DNA of 15,111 nt, the filler included, from an uncultured virus (IMG/VR IMGVR_UViG_2049941000_000711) (taxonomy: Duplodnaviria; Heunggongvirae; Uroviricota; Caudoviricetes). It is 7 parts of one record of this genome, joined end to end, with 100 filler letters (N's around TTAATTAATTAA, not from the genome) between each part and the next. Parts side by side here need not be neighbours in the genome. Positions count along the whole stretch, not along the records: positions 1 to 2,317 come from IMGVR_UViG_2049941000_000711; positions 2,418 to 2,582 come from IMGVR_UViG_2049941000_000711; positions 2,683 to 5,860 come from IMGVR_UViG_2049941000_000711; positions 5,961 to 7,816 come from IMGVR_UViG_2049941000_000711; positions 7,917 to 11,497 come from IMGVR_UViG_2049941000_000711; 2 more parts are not named here. The stretch is one strand, 5' to 3'. The notes beneath the pieces were generated by a model that was given only the letters and a program-made list of their open reading frames with translations, was not told the DNA's origin and made no database searches. Below are positions 1-7,917 of this stretch, in pieces. Position 1 is the stretch's first letter. Each line of letters starts with the position of its first letter. A program made the translations under genes and the position numbers.

Positions 1-1043
1 CGTGTTCCGCGTCCGACCATCTGGATCAGCAAGCCCGCCGAGTTCGTCGGCCGGAGCAGAACGATGCAGTCCGTGTTCACGGCGTCAAAGCCGGTCGTCA
101 AAACGTTCACGTTGCACAGGAACTTCAGCGGCGGCTTCGGCGTCCCGAACAGGTCTGCAGGAACGGGTTTACCCTTGAAGCGGTCGAGGATTTCGGCACG
201 TTCGCCAGCCGGAGTGTCGCCAGTGACGACTGCGCATTCCTGTCCGCTGTACCCCCGAATCGCCTCGGCGACATGCTGACAATGTTTCACGGACGAGGTG
301 AAAATAAGCACGGCCTTCCGGTCTTTGGTCAGGTCGACGATCTCCCGGCAGGCGGCTGTCACCAGTTGTTCCGTATCCATCGCGGCTTCGATTTCATCTC
401 CGATGAACTCGCCTCCACGGATGTGGAGCTTGGAAAGGTCAGCCTCGGCGCGTCCCGCACGGGACACAAGCGGTGACAGATACCCCTGCTGAATCATCTC
501 CTTCAAGTTGGCTTCATAGCAGATTTCATTCAGCAGATTGTCGGGTTTGCAGATGAGGCCGCCCTTGAGCCGGAACGGCGTCGCGGTCAGTCCGATGAGC
601 CGGACACGCGGGTTGATCTCCTGCATGTCTTTCAGGAACGTCCGGTACATCCCATCTCCTTCCGGGGCAATGGAATGTGCTTCATCCACGATGATGAGAT
701 CGAACTTTCCGAGCAATTCGGCCTTGTTGTAGACGCTCTGGATGCCCGCCACAATGACCGGCTCGTCCGTGTTCCGAGAGTTCAGTCCCGCGGAGTAGAT
801 CCCGATGGGGAGGTCGGGGCAGAGACGGCGAGTTTTGTCCGCATTCTGTTCCAGCAGCTCTTTCACATGAGCAAGAATCAGCACCCGGCCTCCCCACAGC
901 GTCACCGCGTCTTTTGCGATCTGCGCCAGGACAAGGCTTTTGCCCGTGCCCGTGGGAAGCACGACGCAGGGATTGTTTTTCTTCGTGCGGAGATGTTCAT
1001 ACACAGCCTCGACCGCTTCCTGTTGGTAGGGTCGCAAGTTCAT
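1..1043 (-). CDS. Superfamily 2 DEAH helicase (RadD/YejH-like, phage type), 3' end outside the window; absent from the ORF track
   Basis: Manual translation from ATG at 1043: MNLRPYQQEAV (Q motif), LPTGTGKS (Walker A), LILAHVKELLEQN, IIVDEAH, GLTATP, NVNVLTTGFD, QMVGRGTR (motif VI). Open to the window edge. Confidence 0.95.
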   Translation of the reverse strand, partial: MNLRPYQQEAVEAVYEHLRTKKNNPCVVLPTGTGKSLVLAQIAKDAVTLWGGRVLILAHVKELLEQNADKTRRLCPDLPIGIYSAGLNSRNTDEPVIVAGIQSVYNKAELLGKFDLIIVDEAHSIAPEGDGMYRTFLKDMQEINPRVRLIGLTATPFRLKGGLICKPDNLLNEICYEANLKEMIQQGYLSPLVSRAGRAEADLSKLHIRGGEFIGDEIEAAMDTEQLVTAACREIVDLTKDRKAVLIFTSSVKHCQHVAEAIRGYSGQECAVVTGDTPAGERAEILDRFKGKPVPADLFGTPKPPLKFLCNVNVLTTGFDAVNTDCIVLLRPTNSAGLLIQMVGRGT

Positions 1044-1046
1044 TTT

Positions 1047-1265
1047 TCAGTCCCTCAGCTGTACCCCGGCCTTCTTCAGTCCCTCGGCAATCTGTTCCTT
1101 GAGTTCTTTCCAGGCATCCGGCTTCATGCGCATGCGCCTGCGGACCTTGCTTTCCTTCATGCCCTTCATCAGAAGGACGCAGACGGTGAATTCCTTTCCG
1201 TCCGGCAGGTCTTTGCAGAAACGCTGCACGGCCTCAATCTGTTTGCAGCGGTCGATTTTTTTCAT
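1047..1265 (-). CDS. Small basic hypothetical protein (72 aa), possibly helix-turn-helix-like
   Basis: Fills the space between rusA (overlapping its 3' end) and the helicase start (3 bp gap). Same strand and operon-like packing. Confidence 0.7.
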   Translation of the reverse strand: MKKIDRCKQIEAVQRFCKDLPDGKEFTVCVLLMKGMKESKVRRRMRMKPDAWKELKEQIAEGLKKAGVQLRD

Positions 1266-1611
1266 ATTCCGATATCCTTATGAATGCCATTCCGTTCGGG
1301 GGCATGGGTTCTCGTTTGGTGACAGTGATTTTATGGATGAGGGAGTCATCTTCGTACACGCCCGCGCAGGTGAGCGCGTCCAGTAAGCTCTTCTGGGAAT
1401 TGTCGATGTCGCGCCTGCGGTTGTCGGGCGGATAGAGGTCCAGTTCGACTTGAACGGGGCATCTGAACATGGGATGCCCCGTCCTCCGGGTGATTGCCGT
1501 CACGCTTTCCCGGTATCGACGGCCATCGCGGCTGATGAGGACGCGGGGACCGACGTGCCGGTAATAGTGGTTTAGGCTTGGCGGCCACGGCAGTTCAAGT
1601 TCGACCGCCAT
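1234..1611 (-). CDS. rusA: RusA family Holliday junction resolvase
   Basis: LPWPPSLNHYYR, PPDNRRRDIDNSQKSLLDAL and YEDDSLI carry the RusA catalytic aspartates. Start at 1611 overlaps the upstream stop (TGATG). Confidence 0.93.
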   Translation of the reverse strand: MAVELELPWPPSLNHYYRHVGPRVLISRDGRRYRESVTAITRRTGHPMFRCPVQVELDLYPPDNRRRDIDNSQKSLLDALTCAGVYEDDSLIHKITVTKREPMPPNGMAFIRISEYEKNRPLQTD

Positions 1612-2087
1612 CACATCCACGGCGGCTTCGCGGGGACACGCGCGGTCTGGGAGGAGACCGGAGCCACGGCCTGTTTCGGTTCCGGCTTGAACGCGGCCTT
1701 GCTTTCGTACCCGCGGATTTCGTTGGAGATCTCGCCGGTGTTCTTATCCTTCCTGACGTGGACCTTGATGACGAGCGGGAGGTTGTGGAGGTCGGCGGAA
1801 TCGCCGGGGGTGAGGACGTTGACTGCACGGCAGATGGCGGACAGGTCGGCGCGGGCCATGCGGACGGCTTCGGGATTTCTGTTTTCGATGTTCAGGCGAG
1901 CCCAGACCTTGCGTCCGGCGAACTCGCCGTCTGTGATCTCGAATTCGAGCTGAAGGTAGCGTCCGGTTCCGGCACGGGTGTCTTTCATTTCGGAGTCGGT
2001 GATGACGGCGATGTATTTCCCTGCGGGGATGGGATCGAACGCTTTGCTCGGTTCGACTTCGTTGGCATTGAAATTGAGGATGGCCAT
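1611..2087 (-). CDS. DUF669 family phage protein (putative ssDNA-binding OB fold)
   Basis: MAILNFNANEVEPSKAFDPIPAGKYIAVITDSEMK...YLQLEFEITDGEFAGRKVWARLN...NEIRGY...KPPWM. AAGGAA RBS before ATG 2087; the track's 2252 start overlaps another gene. Confidence 0.85.
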   Translation of the reverse strand: MAILNFNANEVEPSKAFDPIPAGKYIAVITDSEMKDTRAGTGRYLQLEFEITDGEFAGRKVWARLNIENRNPEAVRMARADLSAICRAVNVLTPGDSADLHNLPLVIKVHVRKDKNTGEISNEIRGYESKAAFKPEPKQAVAPVSSQTARVPAKPPWM

Positions 2088-2104
2088 GATGTTATTCCTT
2101 TCTG

Positions 2105-2317
2105 TCAGCCGCAGCAGACTGCGGGCTTGAAGTTGGTTTTGACGGGTTTCTTCGGGTTGATGGTTTCGGCGGATACGGCTCTGGGCGGCGGGCAGTGCAG
2201 ATGTTCGAAGTACACGAGCTTCGGCATGAAGTCGTCGTGAATGATCCTGCACTTCGTCCCTTTCGGGATCAGCCCGCCGCAGAAGTCGCAGAAGTGGTTG
2301 TGCTTCGCGACAGCGAT
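2105..2317 (-). CDS. Small Cys/His-rich putative zinc-binding protein, 5' truncated by linker
   Basis: Manual translation IAVAKHNHFCDFCGGLIPKGTKCRIIHDDFMPKLVYFEHLHCPPP...PAVCCG*: CxxC...HxxC. Stop lies just before the DUF669 RBS. Confidence 0.65.
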   Translation of the reverse strand: MAVAKHNHFCDFCGGLIPKGTKCRIIHDDFMPKLVYFEHLHCPPPRAVSAETINPKKPVKTNFKPAVCCG

Positions 2318-2417
2318 NNNNNNNNNNNNNNNNNNNNNNNNNNNNNNNNNNNNNNNNNNNNTTAATTAATTAANNNNNNNNNNNNNNNNNNNNNNNNNNN
2401 NNNNNNNNNNNNNNNNN
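2318..2417. other. Artificial scaffold linker N44-TTAATTAATTAA-N44 (also 2583-2682, 5861-5960, 7817-7916, 11498-11597, 14157-14256)
   Basis: Six identical 100-bp units, each with an all-frame stop palindrome embedded in Ns. Confidence 0.98.
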
Positions 2418-2582
2418 CTTGATTGCAGCAAGGAGCCGGGTGTGTCCGTCGACCACGGTGAGGTTATGTCCGGCCCAGATGACAATCGGGTGTCCGCTGT
2501 CGAAGCCGAACCGCTTCATGTCGGAGATGATTCTGTTCAGCGTGGTTTCCTGAATCGGGAAGAGGTTTTTGAAAGGAGCAGC
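2418..2582 (-). CDS. ParB/Srx N-terminal domain fragment
   Basis: AAPFKNLFPIQETTLNRIISDMKRFGFDSGHPIVIWAGHNLTVVDGHTRLLAAIK: PIVI and VVDGHTRL (ParB box II). Open across the whole mini-contig. Confidence 0.85.
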
Positions 2583-2732
2583 NNNNNNNNNNNNNNNNNN
2601 NNNNNNNNNNNNNNNNNNNNNNNNNNTTAATTAATTAANNNNNNNNNNNNNNNNNNNNNNNNNNNNNNNNNNNNNNNNNNNNCGGATTTTCTTATTGCTC
2701 CTATTGTTGCAGTAAACATCTAGAGGTTTATT

Positions 2733-3405
2733 ATGAAGCGAACAATCATTGTTACTGATTTGACACGTTTTCAAGATAACAGAGTTTGTTTAGCCGGAGT
2801 CGATCAGAATAATATGGAACTAATACGTCCGATGCCATATATTAATCAAAACGAGTGTCAACTTTGCAATATTCTGCCAGGAACGCGTATAACCGCTGAT
2901 TTTAGAGAAATCTCCCCTCAAACCCCTCCTCACATAGAAGATTACATGTGGAGAAACAAACATATTTGTGGAAGCGCAACATCAAAAGAATTTCAAGATT
3001 TGCTCGTTTCGACATTGTCAGGGTCAATTAGGACAGGATTCGGAGTGCCTGTTCAAGACAAAATAATACCTCAGGAGAATGTCCCGTTAAGGTCTATTAT
3101 TACTGTTATCTGTTCTGTTAGGTTGCATCCTGGCTATGGCGGCGATTTGTCAAAAATCAGAGCATCCATAACAGATTCTGAAGGCTTAACATTACAGTAT
3201 TTATCTATTGCAGATTTAGGCTTTTATCGTTATGCACAAAAATTGCGGTCACAGCAAAGTCTTAAAGTGCTCGAGGATTTTATAATGAATCAAAACATCA
3301 TTTTTCTTCGTTTGGGGTTAAGTCGTTTTTGGGAAAGCCAAGACGGTCGAAAAGGTTTTTGGATTCAAATAAATGGAATATATACTTTCCCAGATTTTTC
3401 AAAAG
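2733..3405 (+). CDS. Dual-OB-domain-like protein, paralog 1 (last few codons lost in the N gap)
   Basis: MKRTIIVTDLTRF..VCLAG..IRP, PHIED, DLGFYRYA, LRLGLSR..GFWIQINGIYTFPD. GAGG RBS. Collinear with the paralog at 7918-8595; family inferred from motifs and DUF488 context. Confidence 0.75.
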
Positions 3406-3415
3406 NNNNNNNNNN

Positions 3416-3904
3416 TTCAATAAAGATATTATTGCCCCAAGATTAAAGGCAGACGGTATTTACTATGTTCCTTTGGGGAAAGAATGTGGGGCACGCCCAG
3501 ATAACAAGTCATGTTATGTAAATAATCAAGTCAAATTTGATATCTTAGGTTCAACAGATTTGTTCCGACGCGGACTCCAGCGTCTAAAAAAAGGTGCAGA
3601 ACGCTGCACAATAGGAATAATGTGTGCTGAACAAGACCCAATTCAATGTCATCGATATATTTTAGTGGCACATGAGTTGTCAAAAATGTATCCAGAACTT
3701 GAAGTCTTTAATATACTGCAAGATGGGAGGTGCGAGGATCAACAAGAAACGGAATTGCGTCTTTTACAAACATGGCACCTTGATAAGGAAGAAATCCCAG
3801 GACTAGGCATGTCCTTTTCCGAGCGACTTCAAGAAGCCTATGCCAGACAAGGTGAAAAAATATCTTATCACATCTATACCAAGGAGCAAGATGATGGACT
3901 TTAA
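3416..3904 (+). CDS. DUF488 family protein (long type), 5' part lost in the N gap
   Basis: FNKD..L..DGIYYVPLGKECGARP...IMCAEQDPIQCHRYILVAHEL...EAYARQGEKISY: CxE-x5-CHR motif. Confidence 0.88.
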   Translation, partial: FNKDIIAPRLKADGIYYVPLGKECGARPDNKSCYVNNQVKFDILGSTDLFRRGLQRLKKGAERCTIGIMCAEQDPIQCHRYILVAHELSKMYPELEVFNILQDGRCEDQQETELRLLQTWHLDKEEIPGLGMSFSERLQEAYARQGEKISYHIYTKEQDDGL

Positions 3905-4343
3905 TAATCCTACTGTATATACCATTGGATTTGGTAAGAAAAGTGCAAAACAATTTTTTACTCTTCTTCGAGCGAACAATATAGGTAAAGTCATAGATGT
4001 ACGGTTAAACAATGTCTCCCAACTTGCTGGGTTTTCCAAAAAAAATGACTTATCTTTTTTCTTAGAAGAACTTTGCAATTGCAGATATGAACATCGCCCT
4101 AACTGGGCTCCGACTAAAGACCTTCTAGATCGCTATAAAAAGAAAAGAGTATCATGGGCAGAATATGAAATGGAGTTTATAAGAATTATTCAAGACCGTG
4201 ATATTCTCAACACAATTAAACTTGATACAATTGTTAACAGTTGTTTGCTCTGTAGTGAGCCAACCCCCGAACAATGTCATAGAAGACTGTTAGCAGAACA
4301 TATACAATTAAAATTTCCTGACGTCAGAATTGTCCACCTGTAA
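3891..4343 (+). CDS. DUF488 family protein (short type)
   Basis: VYTIGFGKKSAKQFF, VIDVRLNNVSQLAGFSK, LLCSEPTPEQCHRRLLAE. AAGGAG RBS at 3881-3886; overlaps the previous gene. Confidence 0.92.
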   Translation: MMDFNNPTVYTIGFGKKSAKQFFTLLRANNIGKVIDVRLNNVSQLAGFSKKNDLSFFLEELCNCRYEHRPNWAPTKDLLDRYKKKRVSWAEYEMEFIRIIQDRDILNTIKLDTIVNSCLLCSEPTPEQCHRRLLAEHIQLKFPDVRIVHL

Positions 4344-4362
4344 AAAAGGGAGAATTTATGAA

Positions 4363-4405
4363 ATGAAAGACACTATAATAGTTACAGACCTTACACGATT
4401 CAGAA
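4363..4405 (+). CDS. N-terminus of a second dual-OB-like protein (cut by N gap)
   Basis: MKDTIIVTDLTRFR matches MKRTIIVTDLTRFQ of 2733 at 12 of 14 residues. Starts 19 bp after the DUF488 stop, with GGGAG upstream. Confidence 0.85.
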
Positions 4406-4436
4406 NNNNNNNNNNGGATTTTTCTCCATTCCCCTC

Positions 4437-4465
4437 TTGCAATTTTTCACCGGATACAGTATAAT
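4437..4465 (+). promoter_or_regulatory. Sigma70-type promoter for the PHP-domain gene
   Basis: TTGCAA (4437-4442), 17 bp spacer, TATAAT (4460-4465). Confidence 0.7.
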
Positions 4466-4514
4466 ATAGAGGAAAACACTGTTCAACAAATAAAACACCA
4501 TGGAGGACTCGAAA

Positions 4515-5375
4515 ATGACATACGCTGGGATGAGATGGTTAAAGTGTGATTTACACATGCACACTCCAATTGACAAAAACAATTGGTTGGGAGAATCTAC
4601 TATTACAAATGAGCAGGAACTGGCCGATCAGTATGCACAGGCGTGCTTAGATACAGGGTTGGATGTAATTGCAATTACTGACCACAACTTTTTAAGCAAG
4701 GACTTCATTCCTTTTCTACAGGAAGCATTCAGAAAAAAAGAGCAAGAAGGAAATAAACATATTACTCTTTTTCCTGGATTTGAGTTTGAGGCAAATGTTG
4801 GTCGTGGAGTCCATGTTCTTGCATTGTTCCCATCTGAAACAGAAATGGATGAGATAGACGCTGCTTTGACTGAATGTGGAGTGTCGTATCCCCGAATAGA
4901 TAGAGATATATTTCAAAAATCGACAAAAACTCTCCCCGATATTTTAAACGTTGTCCAATTTAATCATAAAGGCATTGTTATACTTCCTCATTGTCAATCT
5001 AACGATGGAATATTTGATAGCGACAGGGTTTCTGATTGGTTGCAACAAGATCAATATAAGAATCCCAACCTTCTAGCCGTTGAAGTCCCCAAAACTGTAT
5101 CACAAATGAGTTCGGGGTTCCAAAAGTTATTTAAATCTGGAGATGACTGCATTCCTGAATGGAGACGGATTCGCCCTATTGCGACAATCATGTCTTCAGA
5201 CAGCAAGCAATTGCATGCTGTTGACGCGGAAAATGTCCCAAGCCCAAACAGCATGGGATATCGTTTTTCATGGATTAAAATGTCTGCACCCTCAATTGAA
5301 TCATTACGTCAGGCATTCCTTGACCATGAATCACGAATTGTCCTTCCGCAGAATCATCAAGATAATACCTCTCCA
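4515..5375 (+). CDS. PHP-domain N-terminus of a TrlF/Ppl-like PHP-ATPase protein, 3' truncated
   Basis: WLKCDLHMHTP, IAITDHN, FPGFE, GVHVLALF, ILPH, SSDS, SWIKMSAPSIESLRQAFLDHESRI. GGAGG RBS at 4502-4506. The ATPase half is inferred, not seen; the contig ends in adapter. Confidence 0.85.
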
Positions 5376-5418
5376 AGATCGGAAGAGCGTCGTGTAGGGA
5401 AAGAGTGTAGATCTCGGT
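5376..5418 (+). other. Illumina TruSeq adapter contamination
   Basis: AGATCGGAAGAGCGTCGTGTAGGGAAAGAGTGTAGATCTCGGT at a contig end. Confidence 0.99.
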
Positions 5419-5430
5419 NNNNNNNNNNTG

Positions 5431-5859
5431 AGCTCCGACTTCCTCACCCCGGAATCCGCCACCGAATTCTCGTTCTACGGCATTTACGACCGGAACCGGT
5501 ATGCGTACTGGGACAACGAAGACCTGATCAAGGACGACGATCCGAAATACATGGAATACAAGCTGAACAACTCCAGGCTCACGATCCCGTATTACCGCTA
5601 TGAGGTCCGCACGAACAACCTCACGCATTTTACGAACCGCCTGGACTTCCGCATGCAGATCGACCTGCTCAGCGACTACGAGTTCCTGCGCGACTTCTTC
5701 CCCGAACGCTACCAGTCCGAATACATGCCGCCGACTTACGCCTCGCTGGAATACCAGCACGACAGATTCACTGCCAGCGCGTACATGACGCTCCGCATCA
5801 ACGACTTCGCCTCCGTCGTGGACCGCCTGCCGGAACTGAGGGTGGACTTCCAGCGCCAG
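5431..5859 (+). CDS. lptD: Internal fragment of LPS-assembly beta-barrel protein LptD-like
   Basis: Open frame ...RYEVRTNNLTHFTNRLDFRMQIDLLSDYEFLRDFFPERY...YASLEY...RINDFASVVDRLPELRVD: SD-x-x-FL-x-DF and RLPEL motifs, GC-rich host codon usage. Confidence 0.65.
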
Positions 5860-5960
5860 GNNNNNNNNNNNNNNNNNNNNNNNNNNNNNNNNNNNNNNNN
5901 NNNNTTAATTAATTAANNNNNNNNNNNNNNNNNNNNNNNNNNNNNNNNNNNNNNNNNNNN

Positions 5961-6188
5961 GGCATCCAAAGCTATGTGAACTTCCATAACCACAGGCGGC
6001 TTCACTCATCTTTGAAGTATCTCACTCCCGATTCCGTCTACAAAGGGAGATGCGGCCCGATGAGAGACTCTAAAAAACATTGTTTTTTCGGAATCAGGCT
6101 TGACATTCAGTCAATGCCTGCTATAGTATCCATAAACAATTACACATATCACCTCAAACAAACAGTCCAGTTCCAAAGGGACAGGGCA
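5961..6188 (+). mobile_element. Right-end fragment of an IS3-family element
   Basis: GIQSYVNFHNHRRLHSSLKYLTPDSVY is the IS3 integrase-core C-terminal signature. Candidate right IR GTCCAGTTCCAAAGGGACAGGGCA ends in CA at 6188. Confidence 0.75.
6100..6127 (+). promoter_or_regulatory. Outward-facing sigma70 promoter inside the IS3 end
   Basis: TTGACA (6100-6105), 16 bp spacer, TGc-TATAGT (6122-6127, extended -10). Confidence 0.7.
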
Positions 6189-6206
6189 ATGAAAGGAAAA
6201 GTGATT

Positions 6207-6296
6207 ATGTCCAACCGCCCTGATTTGTCAAACTATTTGGCTCACTTTACAAAGGATGGGAAAAAACGAAACAGGCGACGTTATTGCTTTGTTTAA
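6207..6296 (+). pseudogene. N-terminal remnant of an AbiGi-like (HFT motif) gene
   Basis: AAAGGA RBS, then MSNRPDLSNYLAHFTKDGK; stop after 29 aa. RPD-x-S-x-x-L-x-HFT resembles AbiGi-family N-termini. Confidence 0.45.
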
Positions 6297-6369
6297 TAAT
6301 TTTGTTATCAAATTCAAACTTGCAGATTTACTTTAATAAAAACCTAAAATGAATTTAAGGAGACATGAA

Positions 6370-7518
6370 ATGGCTGACGGATTTAAATCTCTTGTTCGAG
6401 CTCCAATCAAGGGGTGCCATGTTTTAAAGAAAGAAGATATTTTCGAAAAAATCACTCTTCCGGCGTCAATGATGATAGAAGCCGACACATCTCAAGGGTT
6501 AATTCAAGCAATTGGTTATTTAAAATACAATCTTTCACAAAAAGGATATGACGTTGTCTTGCGTGGACAACAACAGCTGTATGGAAACCTCAAGCCATCA
6601 TTGTTTCGCAATGTGGGGAATAGCCAAGATGAATATGATGTAGCTGAAGCTGATTTTAACAAGCGTATCTTGAACGCAAAAAAAGAATTTAAAAAGAGAT
6701 ATTTTGAATATAGTCAAAAGGAAAGCAATAAAAAACTTGAATCGTTACAAAAAGACATGTATGATTTTATTGATGTCAAGCGACAATTTTTTCCTCCCTT
6801 ACTTCAACATTATGGCATTAAAACCCCATGGCTTGATGTAGTTGACAATATATGGGTCGCACTTTGGTTTTCCTGCTGGGAATGTGATAGAGTTATCCCT
6901 GTTTCGGATACGGGGTATATCAATCAAAAAGAATTATATAAGGAAGTTGCTCGATATTCTGTATACCACGAAAGAAAAGAGATAAAAGGACATATTGCTT
7001 TTTTAAACGAAATTGAAAAGATGAATAGTATTATCCATGGACAAGAGAAAAAAATGATATCCTTTATGCTTGCCAGCGACGTTCCAATAGAAAGAAGACG
7101 CAATATAATTACAAAATATCAAGAAAAAATATCTCATGACTACATGATTATTGAAAAATGGAAACAGATGCCCTCATACTGTTACATCATTTTACTCAAA
7201 GTTCCTCGGAATTCTAAGCAGATAGCTCAGGATAAAATACGGGTTGTAGACCTACGCAAAAAGATTCCCTCATATTATCTTCGTCCCCATGCCCAGCATG
7301 CATTAGTAATGAGACGGAAACAAGGAGAAGATCAAGATTTAATTTCTTCTATTGCGGGGATTATTCGAGTAAAATTGGAAGATGCCTTACAATGGCTTGG
7401 TATGGGGCAGACTTTGTCTGTGAAGAATCTGTTTCCATCTCCATGCTTTGATCATGGATTACGGAAACTTCTTGCCCTTAAAACATTTAATCAAGAGATT
7501 GAAATACCCACTCCATAA
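6370..7518 (+). CDS. FRG domain-containing protein
   Basis: VVLRGQ..LKPSLFR, LLQHYGIKTPWLDVVDNIWVALWFSC, RPHAQHA, LFP. AAGGAG RBS 7 bp before ATG 6370. Confidence 0.9.
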   Translation: MADGFKSLVRAPIKGCHVLKKEDIFEKITLPASMMIEADTSQGLIQAIGYLKYNLSQKGYDVVLRGQQQLYGNLKPSLFRNVGNSQDEYDVAEADFNKRILNAKKEFKKRYFEYSQKESNKKLESLQKDMYDFIDVKRQFFPPLLQHYGIKTPWLDVVDNIWVALWFSCWECDRVIPVSDTGYINQKELYKEVARYSVYHERKEIKGHIAFLNEIEKMNSIIHGQEKKMISFMLASDVPIERRRNIITKYQEKISHDYMIIEKWKQMPSYCYIILLKVPRNSKQIAQDKIRVVDLRKKIPSYYLRPHAQHALVMRRKQGEDQDLISSIAGIIRVKLEDALQWLGMGQTLSVKNLFPSPCFDHGLRKLLALKTFNQEIEIPTP

Positions 7519-7642
7519 GATACAATCATGAGAAAACTTTTTCCGACTCCTTACAACACGAGCTTTTGATTTTTTCCAATACATGTTTATATTATACATA
7601 GTCTTTTCCACAGAATCATAAACGAACTCACGGAGTTTGGCA

Positions 7643-7816
7643 ATGGGCAAGCTGGCATCGAATCGGGAATATGCTGAGTGGTTAACGGATTTGAAGCTGA
7701 AAATCCGCAGGAATCAGGTCAAGGCCGCTGTTCAAGTCAACGAGACGCTTTTACGTCTTTACTGGGAAATGGGGCAAGAGATCAACGAGCGTCAGAAAGA
7801 GTCATACATACAGTCT
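7643..7816 (+). CDS. YhcG/DUF1016 N-terminal domain fragment
   Basis: EYAEWLTDLKLKIRRNQVKAAVQVNETLLRLYWEMGQEINERQ: AA-x-x-VN...LYW-x-x-G signature. GGAG RBS. Cut by linker. Confidence 0.88.
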
Positions 7817-7917
7817 NNNNNNNNNNNNNNNNNNNNNNNNNNNNNNNNNNNNNNNNNNNNTTAATTAATTAANNNNNNNNNNNNNNNNNNNNNNNNNNNN
7901 NNNNNNNNNNNNNNNNA

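Noticed and set aside
64..2240. Plus-strand ORFs such as 675-1283 and 1578-2240
   Set aside because: Antisense shadows of the well-supported minus-strand phage genes in GC-rich DNA; no motifs.
3329..3446. Track ORF ends and starts that read through Ns (3329 start, 3446 end; likewise 8974-9546, 10935-11153 and 14776-15108)
   Set aside because: They join separate contigs across fixed-length gaps, so the frames are arbitrary chimeras.
4416..5375. PHP gene as fifth member of the DUF488 operon
   Set aside because: It is separated by an N gap that cuts the dual-OB gene, has its own promoter, and the dual-OB continuation appears to lie at 7918.
5976..6296. 106-aa ORF as a single gene
   Set aside because: It strings together an IS3 transposase tail, IS end DNA containing a promoter and a separate RBS-led stub.
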